NCBI GenBank assembly: GCA_001917535.1
Contig: MNEF01000029.1
Location: forward strand, 13,815-77,814
DNA: 64,000 nucleotides
DNA from: Candidatus Rokubacteria bacterium 13_1_40CM_69_27
GTDB lineage: Bacteria; Methylomirabilota; Methylomirabilia; Rokubacteriales; CSP1-6
Direction: 5' to 3'
Shown here: positions 19,655 through 28,614 of the stretch, piece by piece
How positions within the stretch are numbered: the stretch's first letter is position 1
Layout of the letters: each line of letters begins with the position of its first letter
Notes under the pieces: model-generated
The model's database searches: none
Told to the model about the DNA's origin: nothing
Seen by the model: the letters and a program-made list of their open reading frames with translations, nothing else
Position numbers and translations under genes: made by a program

Positions 19655-20404
19655 AAAGTCGAGGGGCTCACCAAGTCCTTCGACGGCCAGATGGTCCTCC
19701 GGGGCTTGGAGCTGGAAGTGCGCGACGGGTCGATCACGATCATCATCGGCCGGAGCGGCGGCGGCAAATCGGTCTTTCTCAAGCATCTGCTCGGCCTCCT
19801 GCGTCCGGACGCCGGCCGCGTCCTGGTAGGCGGCGTCGACCTGACCGGCGTCTCCCGGCGCGAGATCGACCGGGTTCGCGATCGGTACGGGGTCGTCTTC
19901 CAGGGCGGCGCGCTCTTCGACTCGCTGACGTGCGCGCAGAACGTCGCCTTCCCGCTGCGCGAGAAGACCCGCCTGGGCCGCGCGGAGATCACCAAGCGCG
20001 TGGAGGTGGGGCTGGCCCAGGTGGGACTGGAGGGCGTCGGCCCCAAGTACCCGGAGGAGATCTCGGGGGGCATGCGCAAGCGCGTGGCGATCGCCCGGGC
20101 GCTCATCACGGAGCCGGAGATCGTCTTCTTCGACGAGCCGACGACCGGGCTCGATCCCATCCTCGTGAACAGCATCCACGGGCTCATCCAGGATCTCCAC
20201 CGGCGCTTCGGCTTCACCGCGGTGATGGTGAGCCACGAGATCCCCGAGATCTTCGGGATCGCCGATACGGTGGCGATGCTGCACGACGGCCGGATCGTCG
20301 AGGTCGGACCGCCGGAGGCGATCCAGGGGTCGCGGAATCCCATCGTCCAGCAGTTCATCCGCGGCCAGCCCGACGAAGGCGGAGCCTTCAAGGAGAGCGG
20401 CTGA
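19649..20404 (+). CDS. mlaF: MlaF-family ABC transporter ATP-binding protein (GTG start)
   Basis: VIKVEGLTKSFDGQMVLRGLELEVRDGSITIIIGRSGGGKS...LSGGMRKRVAIARAL...FFDEPTTGLD. Confidence 0.85.
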   Translation: MIKVEGLTKSFDGQMVLRGLELEVRDGSITIIIGRSGGGKSVFLKHLLGLLRPDAGRVLVGGVDLTGVSRREIDRVRDRYGVVFQGGALFDSLTCAQNVAFPLREKTRLGRAEITKRVEVGLAQVGLEGVGPKYPEEISGGMRKRVAIARALITEPEIVFFDEPTTGLDPILVNSIHGLIQDLHRRFGFTAVMVSHEIPEIFGIADTVAMLHDGRIVEVGPPEAIQGSRNPIVQQFIRGQPDEGGAFKESG

Positions 20405-20844
20405 TGGACCGGTCCAAGGTGAATATCGCGGTGGGGATCTTCGTCGTCCTGGGTATCTTGGCATTGGGGTACCTTTCCATTAAACTCGGCAGGGTCAGTT
20501 TCTTCACGGGTGGCGGCTATCAAGTGACGGCCGATTTCCCCTCCGTGGGAGGCTTGCGACCCGGCGCCAGCGTCGAGATCGCCGGCGTCGAGGTCGGGCG
20601 GGTCGAGTCCATCGGGTTGGCGGACTATCAGGCGCACGTCGTCCTCCGGCTCAATTCGGACGTGAAGCTGCAGGATGATGCGATCGCGTCGATCAAGACC
20701 AAGGGCCTGATCGGCGAGAAATTCATTCGCATCAGTCCCGGCGCCTCCGAGAAGCTCATCGCGCCGGGGGGCCGTATCCGCGAGATCGAGGCTCCCGTCG
20801 ACCTCGAAGAACTGATCTCCAAGTACGTGTTCGGGAAGGTGTAG
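20404..20844 (+). CDS. mlaD: MlaD-family MCE-domain protein
   Basis: MDRSKVNIAVGIFVVLGILALGYLSIKLG...; single N-terminal TM + MCE domain; TGATG overlap with mlaF. Confidence 0.8.
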   Translation: MDRSKVNIAVGIFVVLGILALGYLSIKLGRVSFFTGGGYQVTADFPSVGGLRPGASVEIAGVEVGRVESIGLADYQAHVVLRLNSDVKLQDDAIASIKTKGLIGEKFIRISPGASEKLIAPGGRIREIEAPVDLEELISKYVFGKV

Positions 20845-20867
20845 TCGCAGGAACGGGAGGTCCGCCA

Positions 20868-21500
20868 ATGACGTCGTTACAGCGTGGCTTCGCGCTCGTG
20901 GTCGCCCTGGTCCTGGCCGCGGTGGTCGGCCCGGCGCCCGCGGCCGCCGCCGGTCCGACCGACCAGCTGCGCGCCCAGATCGACAAGGTCGTGAAGACGC
21001 TCGAGGACCCCGCGTTCAACAAGGAAGGCCAGGCCAAGGAACGCCGGGTGGCGGTGCGCAAGATCGCGGAGGAGATCTTCGACTTCGGCGAGACCGCCAA
21101 GCGCTCGCTGGCGCGCCACTGGCTGGCGCGCACGCCGGCCGAGCGCGAGGAATTCGTCGCGCTGTTCGCCGATCTCCTGGAGCGCTCGTACATCTCGAAG
21201 GTCGAGCTGTTCAACGGCGAGCGGATCACCTACACCGGGGAGACCATCGACGGCGACCAGGCCGTCGTGAAGACCAAGATCATCACCAAGCAGGGGACCG
21301 AGATCCCCGTCGACTACCGCCTGCTGCGAAGGGGCGAGCGCTGGCTCGTCTACGACGTGATCATCGAGGGCGTGAGCCTGGTCGCCAACTACCGGACGCA
21401 GTTCAACAAGATCATCCAGACCTCGTCCTATCAGGAGCTGGTCAAGAAAATGAAGACCAAACAGGAAGAGTTCCTCGAGCAGGAGAAGAAGCGGACATGA
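20868..21500 (+). CDS. hpnM: MlaC/Ttg2D-family periplasmic lipid-binding protein (HpnM-like)
   Basis: Signal peptide MTSLQRGFALVVALVLAAVVGPAPAAAAG; ...KVVKTLEDPAFNKEGQAKERRVAVRKIAEEIFDF... Ttg2D fold. Confidence 0.7.
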   Translation: MTSLQRGFALVVALVLAAVVGPAPAAAAGPTDQLRAQIDKVVKTLEDPAFNKEGQAKERRVAVRKIAEEIFDFGETAKRSLARHWLARTPAEREEFVALFADLLERSYISKVELFNGERITYTGETIDGDQAVVKTKIITKQGTEIPVDYRLLRRGERWLVYDVIIEGVSLVANYRTQFNKIIQTSSYQELVKKMKTKQEEFLEQEKKRT

Positions 21501-23164
21501 GCAAGGCCCACGCGCTCCGCGAGCTGCTGGCCGGTCCCGGTCTGGTCCCCGCAGTGGGGGCCCACGACGCGCTCAGCGCGAAGCTGATCGAGGCCGCCGG
21601 GTTTCCCGTCGTCTGGTCGTCCAGCTTCACCGTCTCCGCCGCCCAGCGGGCCATGCCCGACGTCAACCTCCTGACGATGACCGAGACGCTGGAGGCGGCG
21701 CGGCACATCGACAACGCCGTGAGGCTCCCCGTGATCGCCGACTGCGACAACGGCTACGGCAACGCCGTGAACGTCGTGCGGACGGTGGAGGAGTACGAGC
21801 GGGCGGGCATCGCCGGCATCTGCATCGAGGACAACCTCTTTCCGAAGAAATGCAGCCTCTATCCGGGGATGCGGCGCGAGCTGGCGTCGATCGAGGAGCA
21901 CGCCGGCAAGATCCGCGCGGCCAAGAAGGCCCAGCGGGATGCGGCGACGGTCATCATCGCCCGCACCGAGGCGCTGATCGCCGGCTGGGGGATGAAGGAG
22001 GCGCTGCGGCGCGCCCAGGCCTACGCCGAGGCGGGGGCCGACATGATCCTCATGCACTCGAAGGCGCCGACCGCGGCCGAGGTGCTGGAGTTCATGCGAC
22101 TCTGGGAGCGGCCCACGCCCATCGTGGTGGTGCCCACCCTCTACCCGTCGGTGACCTTCGAGGAGCTGGAGGCGGCGGGCGTCAAGCTCGTCATCTGGGC
22201 GAACCAGGTGCTGCGGGGCGCCGTGAAGGGCATGCAGGAGACGCTGGCGACGCTCGGGCGGGCCCGCCGCCTCGACGCCCTGGCCCCCCACATCGTCGCG
22301 CTGGAGGAGATCTACCGTTACGTCGGCGTGGACGAGTTCAAGCGGATCGAGACGGAGTTCCTGCCGCGGGGCGCCTCGGACGTGCGGGCCGTCATCATCG
22401 CGGCGGGCTCGGGCAAGTCGCTCCTGCCGCTGACCGAGGACCGGCCCCAGTGCATGCTCGACATCAAGGGGCGGACGGTGCTGGAGCGGCAGCTCGAGAC
22501 GCTGCGCGCCGGCGGTATCCAGGAGATCGCGGTGGTCCGCGGCTACCGCAAGGAGACCGTGGTGGCCCCGGGGGTGCGCTTCTACGACAACGACGCCTTC
22601 GACGAGAGCGGCGAGCTCGCCTCGCTCTTCGCGGCCGAGCCCGAGCTGCACGGCCGCGTCCTCTTCCTCTACTCGGACATCCTGTTCGAGCGCGCGGTGC
22701 TGGACAAGGTGCTCCGCGCCGAAGGGGACGTCGTCATCGCCGTGGACCGCGCCTGGGTGGACCAGCGGGACCGCCTGCTGCCGCTGGCCAAGCCCGTGGA
22801 TCTGGTGGTCACCTCCGACCCGCCCCGGCCCGGCCGCCGCTCGCTCGGCGAGGACTGGCGTGACGAGCTGGTGCTGATCGGCCAGCGCATCGCCCCGGAG
22901 GCGGCCACCGGCGAGTTCATCGGGCTGGCGGCCCTTTCGCCGCGGGGCGTGGAGCTCGCGCGCGAGAGCCACGCCCACGCTGTGGCCGCGGGCGCCGCAC
23001 CCTTTCACGAGGCGGCCAGCGTCCGGTACGCCGCCTTCACGGACCTGCTGCAGACGCTGGTGGCGGCCGGCCACCCCGTCACCTGCGTGAGCACGTGGAA
23101 GGGCTGGCTCGAGATCGACACGTTCGAAGACTACCAGCGCGCCTGGGCCGAGATCAGGTCGTAG
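21497..23164 (+). CDS. Phosphoenolpyruvate mutase fused to C-terminal nucleotidyltransferase domain
   Basis: N-term ~290 aa: ...LLTMTETLEAARHIDNAVRLPVIADCDNGYGN...GICIEDNLFPKKCS (PEP mutase/ICL family with the EDK(x)5NS-type motif); C-term ~250 aa: AVIIAAGSGKSLLPL...KGRTVLERQLETL (NTP_transferase fold). Confidence 0.85.
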   Translation: MSKAHALRELLAGPGLVPAVGAHDALSAKLIEAAGFPVVWSSSFTVSAAQRAMPDVNLLTMTETLEAARHIDNAVRLPVIADCDNGYGNAVNVVRTVEEYERAGIAGICIEDNLFPKKCSLYPGMRRELASIEEHAGKIRAAKKAQRDAATVIIARTEALIAGWGMKEALRRAQAYAEAGADMILMHSKAPTAAEVLEFMRLWERPTPIVVVPTLYPSVTFEELEAAGVKLVIWANQVLRGAVKGMQETLATLGRARRLDALAPHIVALEEIYRYVGVDEFKRIETEFLPRGASDVRAVIIAAGSGKSLLPLTEDRPQCMLDIKGRTVLERQLETLRAGGIQEIAVVRGYRKETVVAPGVRFYDNDAFDESGELASLFAAEPELHGRVLFLYSDILFERAVLDKVLRAEGDVVIAVDRAWVDQRDRLLPLAKPVDLVVTSDPPRPGRRSLGEDWRDELVLIGQRIAPEAATGEFIGLAALSPRGVELARESHAHAVAAGAAPFHEAASVRYAAFTDLLQTLVAAGHPVTCVSTWKGWLEIDTFEDYQRAWAEIRS

Positions 23165-24324
23165 TGAGCGGACGCGACTTCGCCGCCCTGCTGGAGCGCC
23201 GGGGGTTCGACTTCTTCGCGGGCGTACCCTGCTCGCTGATCGAAGACCTGATCGCGAACCTCGAGAGCCATCCGCGCCTACCCTACATCGACGCCGTCCG
23301 GGAAGACGTGGCGGTGGGCCTGGCCGGGGGCGCCTGGCTGGCCGGCCGGCGCCCCGCGGTCCTCATGCAGAACTCAGGGCTCGGCACGAGCCTGAACGCG
23401 CTCGCCTCCTTCTCCTTGATGTACGGCCTGCCGGCGCTGCTGCTCGTCACCTGGCGCGGCTTCGGCGGCAAGGACGCGCCCGAGCACATCCTCATGGGCG
23501 AGATCTCCCCGGGCCTGCTGGACCTGCTGGGCATCCCCTACCACGTGCTGGCCGGCGACTCGCTCGAGGCGGGCGTCGCCTGGGCGCGGGAGGAGATGGA
23601 CGCCCGCATGAGCCCGGTGGCGCTGCTCATCCCGCCCGGCATATTTTACTCGGAGGGGGCCTCGACGGCCCCCTCCGAAGCCTCCCCCAGGATTGCGCCG
23701 GCAAAGCCGGCGCTCGAACCGCGGCCGCGCCACCGCGCGGAAGGCGCACCGTTGGTGGCGAGGATTTCCCGGATGCAGGCGATCACGGCGGCGGTCAAGC
23801 AGCTGGGTGACGAGCCGGCCATCCACGCCAACGGCTACCCGTCGCGCGAGTCCTGCGCGGTCGCCGACCGCCCGCAGAACTTCTACATGATCGGCTCCAT
23901 GGGCCTGGCTTCGGCCATCGGCCTGGGCGTGGCGCTCGGCCGACCCCAACGGCGCACGATCATCTTCGACGGCGACGGGAACCTCCTGATGAACCTCGGC
24001 GTGATCACCAACGTCGCCGCGCTGGCTCCGCGCAACTTCATCCACTGCGTCTTCGACAACGAGGCCTACGGCTCGACCGGCAACCAGCGGTCGGCGTCGG
24101 CGCACGTCCGGCTCGATCGGGTGGCCGCGGCGGCCGGCTACCGGACGGTGGCGGCGGTGACCGAGGCCGACGAGGTCGCCGCGGCGCTCCGGACGATGCT
24201 CGCCTCGGACGGTCCCCACTTCCTCCTCGCGAAGGTGACGCGCGAGCAGGCGAAGGTCCCGCGGATCCCCCACACCCCCCCGGCGATCCGCGACCGCTTT
24301 CGCGCCAGCATGCTGGGACCGTGA
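23164..24324 (+). CDS. Phosphonopyruvate decarboxylase (ThDP-dependent), carrying an in-frame repeat insertion
   Basis: VSGRDFAALLERRGFDFFAGVPCSLIEDLIANL... (pyrimidine-binding half) and ...GSMGLASAIGLGVALG...IIFDGDGNLLMNLG (ThDP-binding GDG motif); TAGTG overlap with PEP mutase stop. Confidence 0.8.
   Translation: MSGRDFAALLERRGFDFFAGVPCSLIEDLIANLESHPRLPYIDAVREDVAVGLAGGAWLAGRRPAVLMQNSGLGTSLNALASFSLMYGLPALLLVTWRGFGGKDAPEHILMGEISPGLLDLLGIPYHVLAGDSLEAGVAWAREEMDARMSPVALLIPPGIFYSEGASTAPSEASPRIAPAKPALEPRPRHRAEGAPLVARISRMQAITAAVKQLGDEPAIHANGYPSRESCAVADRPQNFYMIGSMGLASAIGLGVALGRPQRRTIIFDGDGNLLMNLGVITNVAALAPRNFIHCVFDNEAYGSTGNQRSASAHVRLDRVAAAAGYRTVAAVTEADEVAAALRTMLASDGPHFLLAKVTREQAKVPRIPHTPPAIRDRFRASMLGP
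23649..23745. repeat. REP/MITE-like element copy C, inserted in frame inside the phosphonopyruvate decarboxylase CDS
   Basis: tcggagggggcctcgacggccccctccgaagcctcccccaggattgcgccggcaaagccggcgctcgaa matches the intergenic copies; encodes the interdomain stretch EGASTAPSEASPRIAPAKPALEPRPRH. Confidence 0.55.
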
Positions 24325-25061
24325 AGGCCATCATCCTCGCCGCCGGCGTGGCCCGCCGCCTCGCGCCGCTCACCGACCGGACGCACAAGTGCCTGCTGCC
24401 CGTGGGCGACCGGCCGCTGCTCACCCGGATGCTGGCCGCCCTGGAGGCCGTCGGCGTCGCCGAAGCGCTGCTCGTCGTCGGTCACTGCGCGGACCAGGTC
24501 CGCGCGGTGGCGGGCGCGCGCTTCGGCCGGATGAGGGTTCGCTACATCGACAACCCGGAGTACACCAGGGGCTCGGTGCTGTCGCTCTACGCCGCGCGCG
24601 AGCACCTCGCCGAGCCCGCCCTGGTGATGGACGCCGACGTCCTCTTTTCCCGCGAGCTCCTGCGTCGCCTGCTGGCGGCGCCGCCCCCCAGCGCCTTCCT
24701 CCTCGATCGCGGGTTCCAGGATACGGGCGAGGAGGTGAAGTACTACACGCGGGGCGATCGGGTGATCGCGCTCGGCAAGAAGGTCGTGCCCGAGTCCTGG
24801 GAGCTCGCGGGGGAGGGTGTCGGCTTCTTCAAGTGTGGCGCCGAAGCCGGCCCCGAGCTGGTCCGCCTGCTCGAGCGCGTCATCGCCGCGGGCAACGGCC
24901 TCAACGAGTACGAAGACGCCCTGCACCTCCTGGTCACGCGGCGTCACGTCGGGTGGGTCGACATCACCGGCCTGCCCTGGACCGAGATCGACTTCGCCGA
25001 GGACCTGCGCCGCGCGCGGGACGAGGTGCTGCCGCACGTCGTCCGGCTCGACGGCGCGTGA
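24321..25061 (+). CDS. Nucleotidyltransferase, LicC/cytidylyltransferase-like (candidate phosphonate cytidylyltransferase)
   Basis: VKAIILAAGVARRLAPLTDRTHKCLLPVGDRPLLTRMLAAL...: GxGxRL-like motif; GTGA overlap with ppd stop. Confidence 0.7.
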   Translation: MKAIILAAGVARRLAPLTDRTHKCLLPVGDRPLLTRMLAALEAVGVAEALLVVGHCADQVRAVAGARFGRMRVRYIDNPEYTRGSVLSLYAAREHLAEPALVMDADVLFSRELLRRLLAAPPPSAFLLDRGFQDTGEEVKYYTRGDRVIALGKKVVPESWELAGEGVGFFKCGAEAGPELVRLLERVIAAGNGLNEYEDALHLLVTRRHVGWVDITGLPWTEIDFAEDLRRARDEVLPHVVRLDGA

Positions 25062-26224
25062 TCACCGAGGCCGCGCTCTATCTCGCGAGCCCCGAGGACG
25101 CGAGCAGGGCGCGTTCAGCGGTGGCCGGCCGGCCGGTCGCCTTCCGGATGCTGATGGCGGCGATCCGCGCGGGGTGCCGGCGGGTGTACGTTCCGGACAT
25201 CTTCCGGGGCAGCGACGTCGAGCGCGCCATCGCGGCGGCCGCCTCCGCGCGGGCCGCCACCGTCTGGCTCGATCACGACGCGAAACCGCCGGAGGGGCCG
25301 ATCCTGCTCCTACCCGCCGCCGCCCTCGTCCCGCCCTCCGCGCTGGCCGCGCTGCTGGCCGCGCCTCCCCTCGCGCTCCTGGCCGCCTCCCGCGACAGCG
25401 ACGCGCCCGTGGTGGCCGCCGGCGCGGCCCTGGCCGCGGCGCTCTGGACGTCGATCGCGGCGGGTCAGCCGCTGGGAGATGCGTTGGAGCGCGCCCTCAA
25501 GGGCACCGAGGTCACGGTGATTCCGGGCGCCGGATGGTACGTGCGGTCGGTGTCGCCCGCGGCCGGGAAGGAGGCGGAGGTGCAGATCTACGCCGGCCTG
25601 GCCAGCGCCATCGACACCTGGCTCGACACGGTCTTTCATCGGCGCTTGTCACTTCCGCTGAGCCGGGCGGCGGTAGCGGGGGGCCTGACGCCCAACCAGG
25701 TCACCCTGGCGAGCCTGCTGGTGGGCCTGGGGGCGGTCTGGTGTTTCTGGCAGGCGACGCCGGCTCGCGCGATCGTCGGGCTGCTGCTCTACGCGGCGGC
25801 CGTCGTCCTCGACCACGCCGACGGTGAGGTCGCGCGGCTCACCCTCACCGAGTCACCGCTGGGCGCGTGGCTCGACGTGGCGGTGGACACCGCGATCCAC
25901 GCGCTGCTCGTCGTGGCTATGGGCATGACGGCCCAACAGGTCGGGGGCGACGGCGCCGCGCTGGCCGGGGTGGTGGCGGCGATCGGCGTCGTGGCGAGCG
26001 CGACGCTGACGCAGACCTCGCCGCCGGCCCGAGGCGGCGGGATCGGCCTGCTGCTCGACGCACTGAGCAACCGGGACGGGTTCTACGCGATGCTGGTCAT
26101 CTTCATCCTGGGGCTCGCGCTCCGGCCAGGCGCGCTCCCCGCGCTCATGATCTTCCTGGCGGTCGGCTGTCACGCCTTCTGGTTGAGCCGGTTGGCCTGG
26201 CGCCCGTTCCTGCGCACTAAGTGA
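25058..26224 (+). CDS. Bifunctional-type protein: degenerate nucleotidyltransferase-like N-domain + CDP-alcohol phosphotransferase membrane domain (IPCT/DIPPS- or BEPIS-like)
   Basis: C-terminal half with ...LDHADGEVARLTLTESPLGAWLDVAVDTAIH (CDP-OH_P_transf D-G-x2-A-R...D-x3-D motif) and 5-6 TM segments; N-terminal ~190 aa soluble; GTGA overlap. Confidence 0.65.
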   Translation: MITEAALYLASPEDASRARSAVAGRPVAFRMLMAAIRAGCRRVYVPDIFRGSDVERAIAAAASARAATVWLDHDAKPPEGPILLLPAAALVPPSALAALLAAPPLALLAASRDSDAPVVAAGAALAAALWTSIAAGQPLGDALERALKGTEVTVIPGAGWYVRSVSPAAGKEAEVQIYAGLASAIDTWLDTVFHRRLSLPLSRAAVAGGLTPNQVTLASLLVGLGAVWCFWQATPARAIVGLLLYAAAVVLDHADGEVARLTLTESPLGAWLDVAVDTAIHALLVVAMGMTAQQVGGDGAALAGVVAAIGVVASATLTQTSPPARGGGIGLLLDALSNRDGFYAMLVIFILGLALRPGALPALMIFLAVGCHAFWLSRLAWRPFLRTK

Positions 26225-26355
26225 ATGTGCGCGATGGTGGGCCCTCGTGATCGAGCTAACCGCCGCGCGGAGATGAGTTGCCTTCCTGGTGCTATAGTAA
26301 GGACCCGGCCGTGACGACCTCACGATCGGACGTGACGTCCTGCGATCGAGCACGA

Positions 26356-27051
26356 ATGTCGGCGAACAGCTGCGGACTTACTGGAGCTGTGCTGTTCGAT
26401 TTCGGCGGCACGCTGGATGCCGACGGTCTACCCTGGAAAGAGCGCGTGGCCCGGCTCTTTAGGCAGGAGGGCCTCGTCGTTACGGTTGAGCGGTTCGATC
26501 CCCTCTTCTACGCGGCGGACGACGCGCTCGTCGGTGCGGTGCCGCCCACCCTGCCGCTTCGGGAAACGGTGTTTCGGCTCGTAGCCGGTCTGGCCCGCAG
26601 CCTCGGGCTGCGTGACGACACCATGGTCGATCGCGTCACGACACGATTCGTCGAGCATGCGGTAGAGAACCTGCGGGGCAATCGGCCCCTGCTCTGGGAG
26701 CTCAGCCGCCGCTACCGTTTGGGCCTCGTCGCCAACTTCTACGGCAATCTCGCCGCGGTGTGTGCGGAGTGCGGAATCCGCGAGCTCTTCGGCGTCATCT
26801 TAGATTCGGCAGACGTGGGATGCGCGAAACCGGACCCCAAGATCTTTCGCATAGCGGCCGAGGCGCTGGGGCTAGCGCCCGCTCACGCCCTGTTCGTGGG
26901 CGACTCCCGGCCCCGCGACATGGCCGGCGCACGAGCGGCCGGCATGCCCCACGTCTGGTTGGTCGGCGAGACCTCTAGCGACGGGCAGCCCTGCTGTCCG
27001 GGCGACGCGGTGATCCGTTCGCTGAAGGACCTGGAAGAGCTGCTATTGTGA
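26356..27051 (+). CDS. HAD-superfamily hydrolase (phosphatase-like)
   Basis: GAVLFDFGGTLD (motif I DxG), ...LGLVANF..., ...FVGDSRPRDMAGARAAG (motif IV). Confidence 0.65.
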   Translation: MSANSCGLTGAVLFDFGGTLDADGLPWKERVARLFRQEGLVVTVERFDPLFYAADDALVGAVPPTLPLRETVFRLVAGLARSLGLRDDTMVDRVTTRFVEHAVENLRGNRPLLWELSRRYRLGLVANFYGNLAAVCAECGIRELFGVILDSADVGCAKPDPKIFRIAAEALGLAPAHALFVGDSRPRDMAGARAAGMPHVWLVGETSSDGQPCCPGDAVIRSLKDLEELLL

Positions 27052-27758
27052 CGCGTGAGCCGACGCTTCGAGGAGGCATCATCGCGGCGGGCAAGGGTCG
27101 CCGGTTGCGCCAGGGGGGCTGGACGATGCCCAAGCCTCTGGTTCCCATCGCCGGTGTGCCCTTGATCGAGTCGGTGATTCGGAACTTCAGCGCCGCGGGC
27201 ATCACCTCCCTCGTCATCATCGTGAACGAGCAAGGACGCGACTGCTTGGAGCACGTGCGCCGGCGCTTCCCCGACCTGGACCTGGACTTCATCGTGAAGA
27301 CTACCGCGTCGTCCCTCGAGAGTTTCGGCGAGGTGGCGACGCGTCTGGGTCGTGGCCGCGCATTGATTTCGACGGTCGACGCCTGGTGCCGGGAAGCCGA
27401 CTTCGTGCACTTCGTGGAGGCGGCGCGACAGCGCCCGGTTCAGGCGACGGTCCTCGCGGTGACGCCGTTGGTGTCGGATGAAGACCCGCTGTGGGTGAGG
27501 CTTGACGACGACGGCCGTGTCAGCGATCTCGGGGGCCGCTCGGGCGAGATGGTCACCGCTGGGATCTATCTGGTCTCCGAGCGTGTGCGGACGATGGTCC
27601 CGCCGTCCGAGCTGGCGCGGCTGCGGGACTTCTTGACCTGGCTCCACTCCCGGGGAGAGGTGCTCTGCGGCGAAGTCATCCAAACGGTCGTCGATGTCGA
27701 CGAGGCCGAAGACGTGGCCCTCGCCGAAGCGCTGGTGGGCGCCGGCAAGAACCCGTGA
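27048..27758 (+). CDS. Nucleotidyltransferase (sugar/alcohol-phosphate NTP-transferase fold)
   Basis: VTREPTLRGGIIAAGKGRRLRQGGWTMPKPLVPIAGVPLIESVIRNF...; GTG start overlaps HAD stop. Confidence 0.65.
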   Translation: MTREPTLRGGIIAAGKGRRLRQGGWTMPKPLVPIAGVPLIESVIRNFSAAGITSLVIIVNEQGRDCLEHVRRRFPDLDLDFIVKTTASSLESFGEVATRLGRGRALISTVDAWCREADFVHFVEAARQRPVQATVLAVTPLVSDEDPLWVRLDDDGRVSDLGGRSGEMVTAGIYLVSERVRTMVPPSELARLRDFLTWLHSRGEVLCGEVIQTVVDVDEAEDVALAEALVGAGKNP

Positions 27759-27777
27759 GTCCTTCGGGAGGTGTCGC

Positions 27778-28614
27778 GTGAGCCGAGCATGTTGGGGCAT
27801 TTTTCGAGAACGGGCGCATTCGCCCGGTCGGGAGAGCGACGACACCGAAATCCTCCGTCTGACGGGAAAGCACCTCGAGGCGAATGGGTACGAGGTGATC
27901 TTGAAGGCGCCGGAGGAGGTGAACGGCGCCACCGACGGCCGCCCGCGCTTTGCGTTCCTGATGTGTGAAGGTCTCGCCGTGCTGGGCCAACTCCGGGCCT
28001 GGGAGGCCGACGGGGTGCGGCAGGTGAACAGCCCCCTGGCGGTCCTGAACACGTATCGGGAGCGGATGATCGCGCAGCTCAAGGAGGCGAACGTTCCGTT
28101 CATCCAGAGCCGTATCGTTTCGACCGCCGAGCCCTACCGTGGCGCGGCTCCGCCCGTATGGGTCAAGCGAGCCGATGTTCACTACACCCAGGAGGGCGAT
28201 GTGGTCTTCGCGCCCAGCGAGGGTGTGCTCGGCGAGTCGCTCCGGGGGCTGGCCGAGCGCGGGATTCCCCGCGCGGTGATCCAGGCGCACGTCGAGGGCG
28301 ACCTCATCAAGTTCTACGGGATCGGCAGCGGAGGCGGAGCCGACGGCGGGCCACAGTGGTTTCGGTGGCTCTATCACAAGGACCAGACGGTGGCCGGCCA
28401 CCCGTTCGACCCGGTGCGATTGGCCCGGCTCGTGCGGAGAGCGGCCGGAGCCCTGAGCCTCGAAGTCTACGGGGGCGACGCAATCGCCACCGCAGCCGGT
28501 GACCTCGTGTTGCTCGACCTCAACGCCTGGCCCAGCTTCGCCCTGTATCGGGAGGAGGCGGCCGCCCGCATCGCCGCCTACCTCGCCCTTCGCTTCCGGG
28601 AAGAGGCGCTGTGA
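27778..28614 (+). CDS. ATP-grasp-fold protein (putative carboxylate-amine/alcohol ligase); start uncertain
   Basis: ...ILRLTGKHLEANGYEVILKAPEEVNG...WVKRADVHYTQEGDVVFAPSEG...VIQAHVEGDLIKFYGIGSGG...; RimK/GshB-like topology; first in-frame start after upstream stop is GTG 27778. Confidence 0.5.
   Translation: MSRACWGIFRERAHSPGRESDDTEILRLTGKHLEANGYEVILKAPEEVNGATDGRPRFAFLMCEGLAVLGQLRAWEADGVRQVNSPLAVLNTYRERMIAQLKEANVPFIQSRIVSTAEPYRGAAPPVWVKRADVHYTQEGDVVFAPSEGVLGESLRGLAERGIPRAVIQAHVEGDLIKFYGIGSGGGADGGPQWFRWLYHKDQTVAGHPFDPVRLARLVRRAAGALSLEVYGGDAIATAAGDLVLLDLNAWPSFALYREEAAARIAAYLALRFREEAL

Noticed and set aside
23649-23745. Interpreting the repeat inside ppd as evidence that ppd is a pseudogene
   Set aside because: The insertion length keeps the frame, and both the ThDP-binding GDG motif and the C-terminal domain remain in frame downstream
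27694-27778. Extending the ATP-grasp gene upstream to the track ORF start at 27694
   Set aside because: That would overlap the preceding nucleotidyltransferase gene by 65 nt in another frame, and the upstream residues (MSTRPKTWPSPKRWWAPARTRE) are low-complexity; the first start after the upstream stop (GTG 27778) was chosen, with low confidence
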